Assembly: GCA_963664325.2 (NCBI GenBank)
Contig: CAXXDQ010000004.1
Coordinates: forward strand, 32,001-96,000
DNA: 64,000 bases
Direction of reading: 5' to 3'
DNA from: Desulfomonilia bacterium
GTDB taxonomy: Bacteria; Desulfobacterota; Desulfomonilia; UBA1062
Numbering within the stretch: position 1 is the first letter of the stretch; the number at the start of each line of letters is the position of its first letter. Under the pieces are notes generated by a model. That model ran no database searches, was not told the origin of the DNA, and worked only from the letters and a program-made list of their open reading frames with translations. Below are positions 9,491-18,153 of the stretch, piece after piece. Made by a program: the position numbers and the translations under genes.

Positions 9491-11863
9491 ATGCAGGCAC
9501 AAACGTTAAAAAAAGATATGGAAGATACAATAGCCTGTCCGCGCTTTGAACAAATCAGGGAGACTCTTCTTTCCACTCCTGTGAACCTGTGCCCGGAGCG
9601 GGCTCTGCTCGTCACTGAATATTTCAAGAAGCATGACGATAAGAGTGAATCCGTTGTCGTGCGCAGGGCCAGGGTGCTTAAGCATCTGGTCGAAAACAAG
9701 AAGATAATCATACATCCCAAAGAGCTGATAGCAGGCAATATGGGCACCAGCAGGATATCCGCGATCATGCAGCCTGAACTTGCAACCGTATTCATGAGCG
9801 AGGAACTCCTGTGGATAGACAGACGGAAGACAAATCCGTTCAAGATACCGTTTGCAGAGCGCCTTAAAATTTTTTTCAAGGTGAACCCCTACTGGCTGAT
9901 GAGGAATATGGCGTTCAGGGCGTTTTTCCCGAACCTTATTGATATGGCGCGCTATGTGAAGGAGCAGCTCAACGCCACTTACTACCTGATAAACGAAGCA
10001 GGCGGCATTGGGCATTTTCTGCCGAATTACGAAAAGGCCCTGAAACTGGGGCTCAGGGGTTATCTTGAAAGTATGGAAGGAAAGAATGCCGATTTCCACA
10101 AGGCGGCAAGGATAGCATGCGAAGGCCTGTTAATATATGCAGGCAGGGTGGCGGATGAGGCGTCAAGACTTGCGGGTGTTGAACACGATGCCGGGCGGGC
10201 CGCGGAATTGAAAGAGATCGCCCGCATTTGCCGCAAAGTTCCCATGGACCCGCCCGAGACCCTGCACGAGGCGCTGCAGTCCCTGTGGCTCATGCATATG
10301 GCTGTCAATCTTGAAGGACTCAACTCTGCGATATCGTTCGGCCGGATCGACAGATATCTTTACCCGTTCTACAAGACCGATCTCGATGCCGGCAAAATAA
10401 CCCCCGAAAAGGCGAGGGAACTGCTGCTGCTCTTTTCCGCAAAGGCCGTAGAACATGTGATGCTCATATCCGGAAGGACGAGCGAATACCACGGCGGGTA
10501 TCTCGTGGTCCAGGCTGCAATAGTGGGTGGTATGGATGAAGAAGGAAATGATGCGACCAACGAACTCACATATATATTCCTGGACGTCATGGAACAACTT
10601 GGACTCAGGGACCCGAACTATCAGGCCAGGGTTCACAAGGACTGCCCGGAGGCATACCTGAAGCGTGTTGCCGACGTCGCCAGAAAAGGCGGCGGTAACC
10701 CTGCTGTCTTCGGTGACGAGGCGGCCATAGAGGCACTGACATCACACGGCTATCCCCTGAGCGAGGCCAGAAACTATGCTGTTGTCGGCTGCGTGGAACT
10801 GGCGCTGCCGGGAAAAAGCTTCTTTTCGACCGACGCCGGCCTTCTGAACCTGCCTTTATGCCTCGAGCTTGCCCTTAACAGGGGCATAAGGTTCGGGAAG
10901 AAAACCAGGCTGGGCGTTGATACCCCGGACCCGTTGGCAATGACAAGCATGGATCAGGTTTTTGATGCATACCACAGGCAGGTCGATTTTATGGCTGAAA
11001 GGATGGTTAAGGATCTCAGGATAATGGAAAAGGGCAACCGAGACTATCACCCTACGCCTTTCTCGTCCCTGCTCGTTGACGGCTGCATTGAAAAGGGTCT
11101 GGATGTTACTGCGGGCGGCGCTTTCTACAATTCAAGCGGCGTACAGGGTGTGGGGCTTGCCGATGTTGCAGATTCGCTGGCCGCCATCGACGAGGTTGTG
11201 TTCAACCAGAAGAAATATTCGCTGTCTGAGGTCGTTGCTTCAATCAAAGACAATTTCAGGGATGCAGCAGTACTGCGTTCGGAACTTTTGAAGGTTCCCA
11301 AGTTCGGAAACGACAATCCCCTGCCGGACGGCTATGCCGGAAGGGTTGCCCGTATATTCCACGACGCCCTCAACAGGCATGAGAATACTCGCGGAGGCCG
11401 CTACGTTTCCGGGTTTTACTCGGTCACCTGCAACGTCGCATTCGGCAAAAGGACACCGGCTCTGCCCAGCGGGAGGCTTGCCGGCGAGCCGTTCGCTTCA
11501 AGCCTGGGGCCGTCCAACGGCAAAGACCGTCTCGGCCCTACGGCCGTTATGAATTCGGTGGCTAAAGTCGACCCGAAGTTCGCCATGAACGGATATGCCC
11601 TGAATATGAGATTCGACCCGGAAACCCTGTCGGGAGAGAAGGGTGTGAACATCCTTTCATCGCTCGTCAAAGGATTCTTCTCCCAGGGCGGCCTGGAAAT
11701 CCAGCTCAATGTGCTTGATGCGGAAAAGCTCGAAGACGCGAGGCTTAATCCCGGTAAATATCCGGGGCTGGTGGTCAGGGTGGCGGGCTACTGCGCCTAT
11801 TTCGACGACCTGCCCGAAGACAGCAAGCTGGAGATCATCTCCCGTACACGGATGAGAATATAA
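9491..11863 (+). CDS. glycyl radical enzyme (PFL superfamily, single-Cys eliminase-like type; substrate unknown)
   Basis: ISFGRIDRYLYPFY, Cys loop VVGCVEL, KFGND, Gly loop LVVRVAGYCAYF; AAGGAG RBS before ATG 9491. Confidence 0.93.
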   Translation: MQAQTLKKDMEDTIACPRFEQIRETLLSTPVNLCPERALLVTEYFKKHDDKSESVVVRRARVLKHLVENKKIIIHPKELIAGNMGTSRISAIMQPELATVFMSEELLWIDRRKTNPFKIPFAERLKIFFKVNPYWLMRNMAFRAFFPNLIDMARYVKEQLNATYYLINEAGGIGHFLPNYEKALKLGLRGYLESMEGKNADFHKAARIACEGLLIYAGRVADEASRLAGVEHDAGRAAELKEIARICRKVPMDPPETLHEALQSLWLMHMAVNLEGLNSAISFGRIDRYLYPFYKTDLDAGKITPEKARELLLLFSAKAVEHVMLISGRTSEYHGGYLVVQAAIVGGMDEEGNDATNELTYIFLDVMEQLGLRDPNYQARVHKDCPEAYLKRVADVARKGGGNPAVFGDEAAIEALTSHGYPLSEARNYAVVGCVELALPGKSFFSTDAGLLNLPLCLELALNRGIRFGKKTRLGVDTPDPLAMTSMDQVFDAYHRQVDFMAERMVKDLRIMEKGNRDYHPTPFSSLLVDGCIEKGLDVTAGGAFYNSSGVQGVGLADVADSLAAIDEVVFNQKKYSLSEVVASIKDNFRDAAVLRSELLKVPKFGNDNPLPDGYAGRVARIFHDALNRHENTRGGRYVSGFYSVTCNVAFGKRTPALPSGRLAGEPFASSLGPSNGKDRLGPTAVMNSVAKVDPKFAMNGYALNMRFDPETLSGEKGVNILSSLVKGFFSQGGLEIQLNVLDAEKLEDARLNPGKYPGLVVRVAGYCAYFDDLPEDSKLEIISRTRMRI
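11702..11863 (+). repeat. copy 1 of a 162-bp diverged direct repeat (3' end of the GRE gene)
   Basis: Ungapped alignment to 14837-14998; 28 mismatches by hand count. Confidence 0.9.
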
Positions 11864-12157
11864 AAACCGGCAATCAAAGATTGAACCTGCAACGATTTGT
11901 GCGCTCGGGCCGGGGAAGCTACTGTTGTTTCGATATTCCTTTTTATCATATAAGGATCGTTACTTAGTAATTTCCAAGCCCTTTGATTTTTAGGAATGTT
12001 TGGGGAATTCTGCTTCAATATTTTCTTTAACCCATCAATTGGCAGGCTAAATAAAACTTATGCATGATCCCCACTAAGGGCTGTGAGTAAAGTAATTCTC
12101 AATAATTGGAGCTTTCTTCTGGAAAAATTGTCTTATGATTGAATCAGGATGGATAGC

Positions 12158-12817
12158 TCATGCGTCAAGATGTATATATTTGAGCGCGTATTCCTTTTCG
12201 CCCTGCGTATAGGTCCGAATGGCCTGGACTACTCTTTCTCCATCACCCGACAAGGCATATTTATATCCTTGGCGAAATAGCTTCGCGTTCTGAACAAGGT
12301 CATTACACCTTAGCCCTGTTATATAATATTCGACACGTCGCTTTGAGGGCCATAGGTCTGTAATCATCCGCTCAAGCAGGGGTATATTGACAAGCCTTAA
12401 CGCTACGGCACCTAAGTCGAAAAGAGCGTTGTAATACCCCTCAACGTTATGTTCCTTGGCACATTGTTCCAATTTTTTTATAGCCTCATCATTCTGACGT
12501 ACAATATCATCATTGATGCATTCGAAAAGCCTGCGCGCCAGCAAAGCATAAAGTTCGGTAAGGATATCGTAAATGCACGCCACATGGTCACGATTTATGG
12601 TGGTAACCCGTACACCGTGTCTGGGCATCAATTCCACAAGGCCTTCCTTTTCGAGCATGCGCAACGCCTCTCGGAGCGGGCTGCGACTAACTCCAAGCTC
12701 ACGCGCCAGCTTGTCTTCAATTATACGCTCACCAGGTTTAAACTCGGTGCGAATGATCTTTTCACTGAGATGCTTGGCAATCTGGTCAGCCAAATTATCG
12801 GATGGTGTAAACGACAT
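12158..12817 (-). CDS. GntR/FadR-family transcriptional regulator
   Basis: FKPGERIIEDKLARELGVSRSPLREAL wHTH plus FCD-like C-terminus. Confidence 0.92.
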   Translation of the reverse strand: MSFTPSDNLADQIAKHLSEKIIRTEFKPGERIIEDKLARELGVSRSPLREALRMLEKEGLVELMPRHGVRVTTINRDHVACIYDILTELYALLARRLFECINDDIVRQNDEAIKKLEQCAKEHNVEGYYNALFDLGAVALRLVNIPLLERMITDLWPSKRRVEYYITGLRCNDLVQNAKLFRQGYKYALSGDGERVVQAIRTYTQGEKEYALKYIHLDA

Positions 12818-12945
12818 ACCTTTCCTTTTTCAGAGTATGATTACCCTTTTTCTTGTGCACTAATCTGCAGGAAAACACAAGAGGCAGGAAGATACAGCCA
12901 TGAAATGAAAGCAGTTTCACCATATAAAAATATTTTTATTATGTA

Positions 12946-12990
12946 TTGACAAGCATAATTAATTACCTTACTGTTCGATTGTCGACAATC
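12946..12990 (+). promoter_or_regulatory. sigma70 promoter of the aldehyde dehydrogenase with a palindromic GntR-type operator
   Basis: TTGACA(12946)-17 bp-TACTGT(12969), then perfect 14-bp palindrome GATTGTCGACAATC (12977-12990). Confidence 0.7.
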
Positions 12991-13025
12991 TACATTTTGA
13001 CAAATATTACCATGGGAGGTTCATT

Positions 13026-14636
13026 ATGCAAATTGAGAATGAATCCATGCAATCGGATATTCGTTCCAGCAGGCCTGTAACGGAATCTGCCGTATCCCAA
13101 AAGAACTTAAAGGTCACCAATCCGGCAACCGGAGCCACTATCGGACAGGTTCCTTCCTTGAGTGTCATCGAGGCTCAGGGTGCCCTTGTCCGGGTCCATG
13201 ACGCTCAGAAAACCTGGAAAGACCGTTCGATAAAAGAACGTTCCGCTGTCATCAGCCGCTTTGCTGAAGTCCTCTATCGCCGGGTGGATGAAGTCGCCGC
13301 CCTTCTCAGCGCAGAAACCGGCAAACCCCTTTATGAAGCCATGCTTTGCGAGGTCCTGCCGATCATGCACCTTGCCGGCTATTATGCGCGAAATGCCGAA
13401 TTGCAGCTCAAAAAGAAACAAATCTCCATCTCATATTTTAAAAACCGCGCCAGTTATATTCACTACAAGCCACGCGGTGTGGTCTTCATCATCTCACCCT
13501 GGAATTTCCCTTTCACCATACCCTGCGGGGCAGTCATCTGCTCTCTCCTGGCTGGCAACGGGGTACTTCTCAAGCCTGCCTCTCTCACGCCTCTGATCGC
13601 CTTTAAAATGCGTGAACTTCTTCTGGAAGCAGGCCTTGACGAGCATATATTCGAAGTAATATCAGGTCCGGGACGCATGGCTTCCGAATTGATTGAAACA
13701 GGTTCGGATCTAATCGACTATGTCAATTTCACAGGATCTACCGAGGTTGGCAGGACTGTTGCACAACTCTGCGGCACGCACCTCATTCCGTGCTCCATGG
13801 AACTGGGCGGAAAAGATCCTGCTATAGTCTGTGCAGATGCCAACCTTGATCTAGCGGCACGCTCTATCACCTTCGGAGCCTTCTGCAATTCCGGACAGAT
13901 TTGCGCTTCGGTGGAGCGCGTCTATGTCCACAGAGACGTATATGATCCCTTTGTACGCAAATTAAAGGAACGCATAAAAGCCCTGCGCCAGGGCGATCCG
14001 GGTCTGGGCGGTTTTTCGATTGACATGGGGTGCATGACTAGCGCCGAACAGATTCAGATACTGGAGCGGCAGGTGGCGGACGCCCGTGCCAAGGGTGCTC
14101 ATATCATCACAGGCGGCAAGCGCTTTAAACCGAATAGCATGTTCTTCGAGCCGACGCTGATTCTTGACGCAAATGAAACCATGGAAGCCGTTTTTGAAGA
14201 AAGCTTCGGACCATTGCTTCCTGTAATGCCTGTTGATGACGACAATGAGGCTATCAGACGTTCCAACGCCAGTATTTACGGCCTGAGCGCCTATGTCTTC
14301 TCCAGGGACAAAGCCAGGGCGCGTCGGATTGCCGAGCAGTTGCAGGCCGGTACGGTTATGATCAATGATACCATCATCACCCATGCCCTGCCCGAGACAC
14401 CGTGGCAGGGGGTCAAACAAAGCGGTATCGGACGCGTCCATACAGAAGAGGCCCTCAGAGATTTATCCATTGCCTACCATGTGAACTATGACACAATACC
14501 GCTTCCCAAACTCTTTTGGCCGATGTGGACCTGGCCGCCGTATTCAAGTTTCAAGGTCAGGCTTTTCAAGCTTCTCTTCGGCTTTATGGGTCTGAACTCA
14601 GGGATCAGGAGAAAAACAAGTCTGTTGTTGCATTAA
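13026..14636 (+). CDS. NAD(P)-dependent aldehyde dehydrogenase with hydrophobic C-terminal tail
   Basis: ISPWNFP, FTGSTEVG, ELGGKDP, NSGQICASVER, EESFGP. Confidence 0.93.
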   Translation: MQIENESMQSDIRSSRPVTESAVSQKNLKVTNPATGATIGQVPSLSVIEAQGALVRVHDAQKTWKDRSIKERSAVISRFAEVLYRRVDEVAALLSAETGKPLYEAMLCEVLPIMHLAGYYARNAELQLKKKQISISYFKNRASYIHYKPRGVVFIISPWNFPFTIPCGAVICSLLAGNGVLLKPASLTPLIAFKMRELLLEAGLDEHIFEVISGPGRMASELIETGSDLIDYVNFTGSTEVGRTVAQLCGTHLIPCSMELGGKDPAIVCADANLDLAARSITFGAFCNSGQICASVERVYVHRDVYDPFVRKLKERIKALRQGDPGLGGFSIDMGCMTSAEQIQILERQVADARAKGAHIITGGKRFKPNSMFFEPTLILDANETMEAVFEESFGPLLPVMPVDDDNEAIRRSNASIYGLSAYVFSRDKARARRIAEQLQAGTVMINDTIITHALPETPWQGVKQSGIGRVHTEEALRDLSIAYHVNYDTIPLPKLFWPMWTWPPYSSFKVRLFKLLFGFMGLNSGIRRKTSLLLH

Positions 14637-14836
14637 AAAAGCTCATAGCCGACCCTCCGCTGAATCATCATGGGATCGAGTGCAAAGATTGGACTTATCA
14701 TATTTTCTCGATAATTACTGTGCAGGCCTTGTACCAATTCGCCAGGGTAATGGGATTGAAGGCTGAATTTGTGAGACACCCTGGCAGTGCACATCTTCCA
14801 TGGAGCCTTCATCAGTCACGTCAACTCCCTCGGTTA

Positions 14837-14998
14837 CAGCTTAATATAATTTATGCGGAAAAGCTCGAAGACACGAGACTTAATCCCGGGAAATATCCGG
14901 GATTGGCGGTTAGGACTACCGGCTTCAATGTGTATTTCAACGACCTGCCCGAAGACAGTAAGCTGGAGATCATCTCCCGCACACGGTTGAGAGTATAA
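14837..14998 (+). pseudogene. isolated duplicate of the GRE glycyl-radical C-terminus (53 codons plus stop)
   Basis: QLNIIYAEKLEDTRLNPGKYPGLAVRTTGFNVYFNDLPEDSKLEIISRTRLRV*, 40/53 aa identical to the GRE tail; upstream part of ORF 14516-14998 is unrelated. Confidence 0.8.
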
Positions 14999-15294
14999 TT
15001 AAAACTGGGTTGAACTTTTTATTTTTTACACAAAGTTATAATTTCAATTGATTGTCTGAGAGCAATAATCTCCAGTATTTTCAAGTTTTACAAGAAACTC
15101 TTTCGATATAAATCTATTGGGGAGAAATTCCTTCTCGGTAATCAGATTTATCAAAAGCCCCAACGCTCAACAAGCGGCGTATGCCCTTCTGTATTGTGAT
15201 TAAGGAGCAACACGCCTATACAAGTTTATCATGGTTATGTTATATCATGAATATCTAATATATTAATGAATCTGGAATTACAGGGAGGCTTGCA

Positions 15295-16989
15295 ATGGAT
15301 GATATATATTCTGGGAAGCCGTGGCTGAAATTCTATGATCAGGGGATTCCTCACGAAATCGAGTATCCCTGCATTTCCTATGCGGAATTTATCCGGGATG
15401 CCTTTGATAAATTTCCGGACAGGGTAGCGCTGTATTACATGGGAAAAGGCATAAAATACCGGGAGCTGGATATTCTCTCCAATCAATTCGCCCGTTTTCT
15501 TCTGCAGAACGCCTGTCATTCAGGAGATGTGATAGGCGTTCATCTGCCCAATATTCCAGCCTGCTATATATCCTGCCTGGGGATTCAGAAAGCGGGTTGC
15601 GTATATTCGGGCGTCAGCGCTCTTCTCACCCCGGATGAACTTATTCACCAGCTGAATGATTCAGGAGCAAAGATTGTCGTGACACTCGATCTTCTTTTCG
15701 AAACCCTTGCCAAAGCGATAGGCTATACAGGTGTACATACTGTCGTTGTCGCCTCTGTCGCCGATTTTCTTCCGCCAATTAAAAAAATTGTGGGCAAACT
15801 GCTCAAGAAGATCCCTTCAAAAGATACAGAAGATCTGGCAGGTGTCAGGGTGGTTCGATTCAAGGACGGGTTGAAAGACATGAACAAAGATATTCCGGAG
15901 GTGAAGATAGAACCGGACAAACCGAGTTTCATAATGTATACCGGTGGCACGACAGGGCGTCCCAAGGGAGCGGTGTTGACGCACAATAATTTCGTCCGTC
16001 ATCTTGTCCAGATCAATACATGGCTGGGCCTGAGCATGGGGCAGCACACGACCCTATGTCCTTATCCCCTGTTTCATGTTGCGGGCTGTTTCATAGCCAT
16101 GGGCTGCATCGCCCTTGGAAATTCTTTGATTCTAATACCGAACCCGAGAGACCTCATGTTCATGGTATCCGCCATAAAGAAACACAGGCCCACTTCCGTA
16201 CTGGCAGTGCCTACACTCTATCTCGCATTGATGAAACTGCCGGGATTCCGGGCGCTTGATTTTTCGGGCATCCAGTATTTCCTCAGTGGATCAGCCCCTT
16301 TTCCTCAGGAAAACCTCAGGGAATTTGAGGAACTCGTCAAAGGGAGGCTCATAGAAACCTACGGGCTGACAGAGTCGGTCAGCGTCGTGGCGGCGCCCCC
16401 ATATAATGGCGTCAAGAAAACGGGTTCCGTGGGGATACCCATTATGGATACCGAGGTCAAGATTGTCGATCCCGAGACGGGAGATCCGGTTCCGGCGGGA
16501 GAGCCGGGAGAGATTATTGTAAAGGGTCCGCAGGTTTTCGCGGGGTACTACAACCAGCCCGAGGAGACGGCGTATGCAGTCAGGAATGGATGGCTCCATA
16601 CAGGGGACATTGCGAGAATGGATGATGACGGATACTTTTATATAGTGGACAGGCTCAAGGACATGGTAAATGTTTCCGGATTCAAGGTGTTCACGCGTGT
16701 GGTCGACGAGGTACTGGTCGAACATCCCGATGTGGAGATGGGGGCTACAATAGGCTTGCCTGACCCGAACAGGCCGGGTTCGGAAATCGTCGCTGCCGCG
16801 GTCGTACTCAAAACCGGCCGGCAGAAGAATGAAGATATGAAAAGGGAGATCACGGCGCACATGGAGAAGAAACTTTCGGCATACAAGATTCCCAAGCTGA
16901 TTGAGTTTATGGACCAGCTTCCATTGAGTCCGGTGGGCAAGGTCCTGAAGCGCGATCTGCGGAAGATCATGGAAAGCAGACCGGACTGA
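15295..16989 (+). CDS. long-chain-fatty-acid--CoA ligase (FadD-like)
   Basis: YTGGTTGRPKG, ETYGLTE, GWLHTGDIA, VDRLKDMV, VGKVLKRDL. Confidence 0.92.
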   Translation: MDDIYSGKPWLKFYDQGIPHEIEYPCISYAEFIRDAFDKFPDRVALYYMGKGIKYRELDILSNQFARFLLQNACHSGDVIGVHLPNIPACYISCLGIQKAGCVYSGVSALLTPDELIHQLNDSGAKIVVTLDLLFETLAKAIGYTGVHTVVVASVADFLPPIKKIVGKLLKKIPSKDTEDLAGVRVVRFKDGLKDMNKDIPEVKIEPDKPSFIMYTGGTTGRPKGAVLTHNNFVRHLVQINTWLGLSMGQHTTLCPYPLFHVAGCFIAMGCIALGNSLILIPNPRDLMFMVSAIKKHRPTSVLAVPTLYLALMKLPGFRALDFSGIQYFLSGSAPFPQENLREFEELVKGRLIETYGLTESVSVVAAPPYNGVKKTGSVGIPIMDTEVKIVDPETGDPVPAGEPGEIIVKGPQVFAGYYNQPEETAYAVRNGWLHTGDIARMDDDGYFYIVDRLKDMVNVSGFKVFTRVVDEVLVEHPDVEMGATIGLPDPNRPGSEIVAAAVVLKTGRQKNEDMKREITAHMEKKLSAYKIPKLIEFMDQLPLSPVGKVLKRDLRKIMESRPD

Positions 16990-17037
16990 ACCGGACCATA
17001 TTAACTCAGCAAATAAGAAACCGATTAAACTGTACGG

Positions 17038-18153
17038 ATGGACTGTATGGATATGAGTTTTGGAGAACTGGCCGAACGGCGCGTCGAAATCGTCAGGGAA
17101 GAAAAGATGAAGAGCGGCCGTATTGTTATGGGGACATTCTGCTCTTACGTTCCGGTTGAGATCCTGCATTCATTCGACATCCTGCCGATGCGGATATGGG
17201 GCCAGGCCAGTGACGTAACCTTGGCTGACGGCCTGCTTCAGACCTATATCTGTCCTCCGGTGCGTCATCTGATGGCATTGGGCGTAGAAGGCCGATATGA
17301 TTTCCTTGGCGGCATCGTTCATTGCTATACCTGCGACGCTACTTGCGGGCTTTACAATATATGGGTCAGAAATTTCAAACCCGGATTCTCGCACCTTATA
17401 AGCCTTCCATATCTGGCGATCCCGGAGTCGGGGGAATTCGCGGCCGCCGAGTTCATGAACCTTATCGGTAAGATCGAAGGTTTTACTGGAAAAAGATTTT
17501 CTCCCGAAAAAATGGGGCAATCCGTTTTGCTGTATGATGAGGCACGCTCGTGTATCAGGGAGGCATACCATCTGAAGGCGAACGGTGCCCCCATCAGCTA
17601 TACTGATATATATTCCATGAATCTCTGCTTCCAGACACTCCCTGTTGAGATGCTGGCCGCATATCTCAAAGAGTATCTGAAAAAAGCGGCAGGCATGGAA
17701 AAGGATAAAAAGAAAAGGCGCAGGGTCCTGCTCTCGGGGAGCGTCATTTCGGATATGGAACTGATGACATTCATAGAAGATTCCGGCGCCGAAATCGTTA
17801 TGGATGACACCTGCCTCGGGTACCGGCTGGTAAAAGATGCTTATCCCGGCGGCAGAGATGTCATGGGAGATTTTATCGGCTATTATCTCGGACGGACGCC
17901 CTGCTCCTCCCGGTCGGATTTCCCTTCCCGGAAGAGTTATATCCTGGATACGGTCGAGCGGTTCGACATCGATGCGGCGGTCTTCATACACCAGAAATTC
18001 TGCGATCCGCATCTTTCGGATTTCCCTTTCCTCAAAGGAATTCTTGATGAGAAAGATATTCCAAGCATGCAGCTGGAAGTGGAGGGAGAGCGCTTCAATT
18101 CCCGGATGCGGACACGGATCGAAATATTTTTCGAAATGCTGGAGAGCAGGTGA
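17038..18153 (+). CDS. 2-hydroxyacyl-CoA dehydratase / benzoyl-CoA reductase subunit (HgdB/BcrC-like)
   Basis: FCSYVPVEI, TYICPPVR, YTCDA, QKFCDPH, RTRIEIFFEML. Confidence 0.88.
   Translation: MDCMDMSFGELAERRVEIVREEKMKSGRIVMGTFCSYVPVEILHSFDILPMRIWGQASDVTLADGLLQTYICPPVRHLMALGVEGRYDFLGGIVHCYTCDATCGLYNIWVRNFKPGFSHLISLPYLAIPESGEFAAAEFMNLIGKIEGFTGKRFSPEKMGQSVLLYDEARSCIREAYHLKANGAPISYTDIYSMNLCFQTLPVEMLAAYLKEYLKKAAGMEKDKKKRRRVLLSGSVISDMELMTFIEDSGAEIVMDDTCLGYRLVKDAYPGGRDVMGDFIGYYLGRTPCSSRSDFPSRKSYILDTVERFDIDAAVFIHQKFCDPHLSDFPFLKGILDEKDIPSMQLEVEGERFNSRMRTRIEIFFEMLESR

Noticed and set aside
12074-12100. IS-end-like sequence (taagggctgtgagtaaagt); similar impressions near 1283 and 19428
   Set aside because: No matching inverted partner, target duplication or transposase fragment could be identified.
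14516-14836. N-terminal 107 codons of ORF 14516-14998 as a real protein domain
   Set aside because: It overlaps the ALDH 3' end by 120 bp and has no recognisable motif; GRE similarity begins only at 14837.
11702-14998. The diverged 162-bp repeat pair as a diversity-generating retroelement TR/VR
   Set aside because: Mismatches are not adenine-specific: only 11 of 28 have A in copy 2 and 3 have A in copy 1. No reverse transcriptase is in the window.
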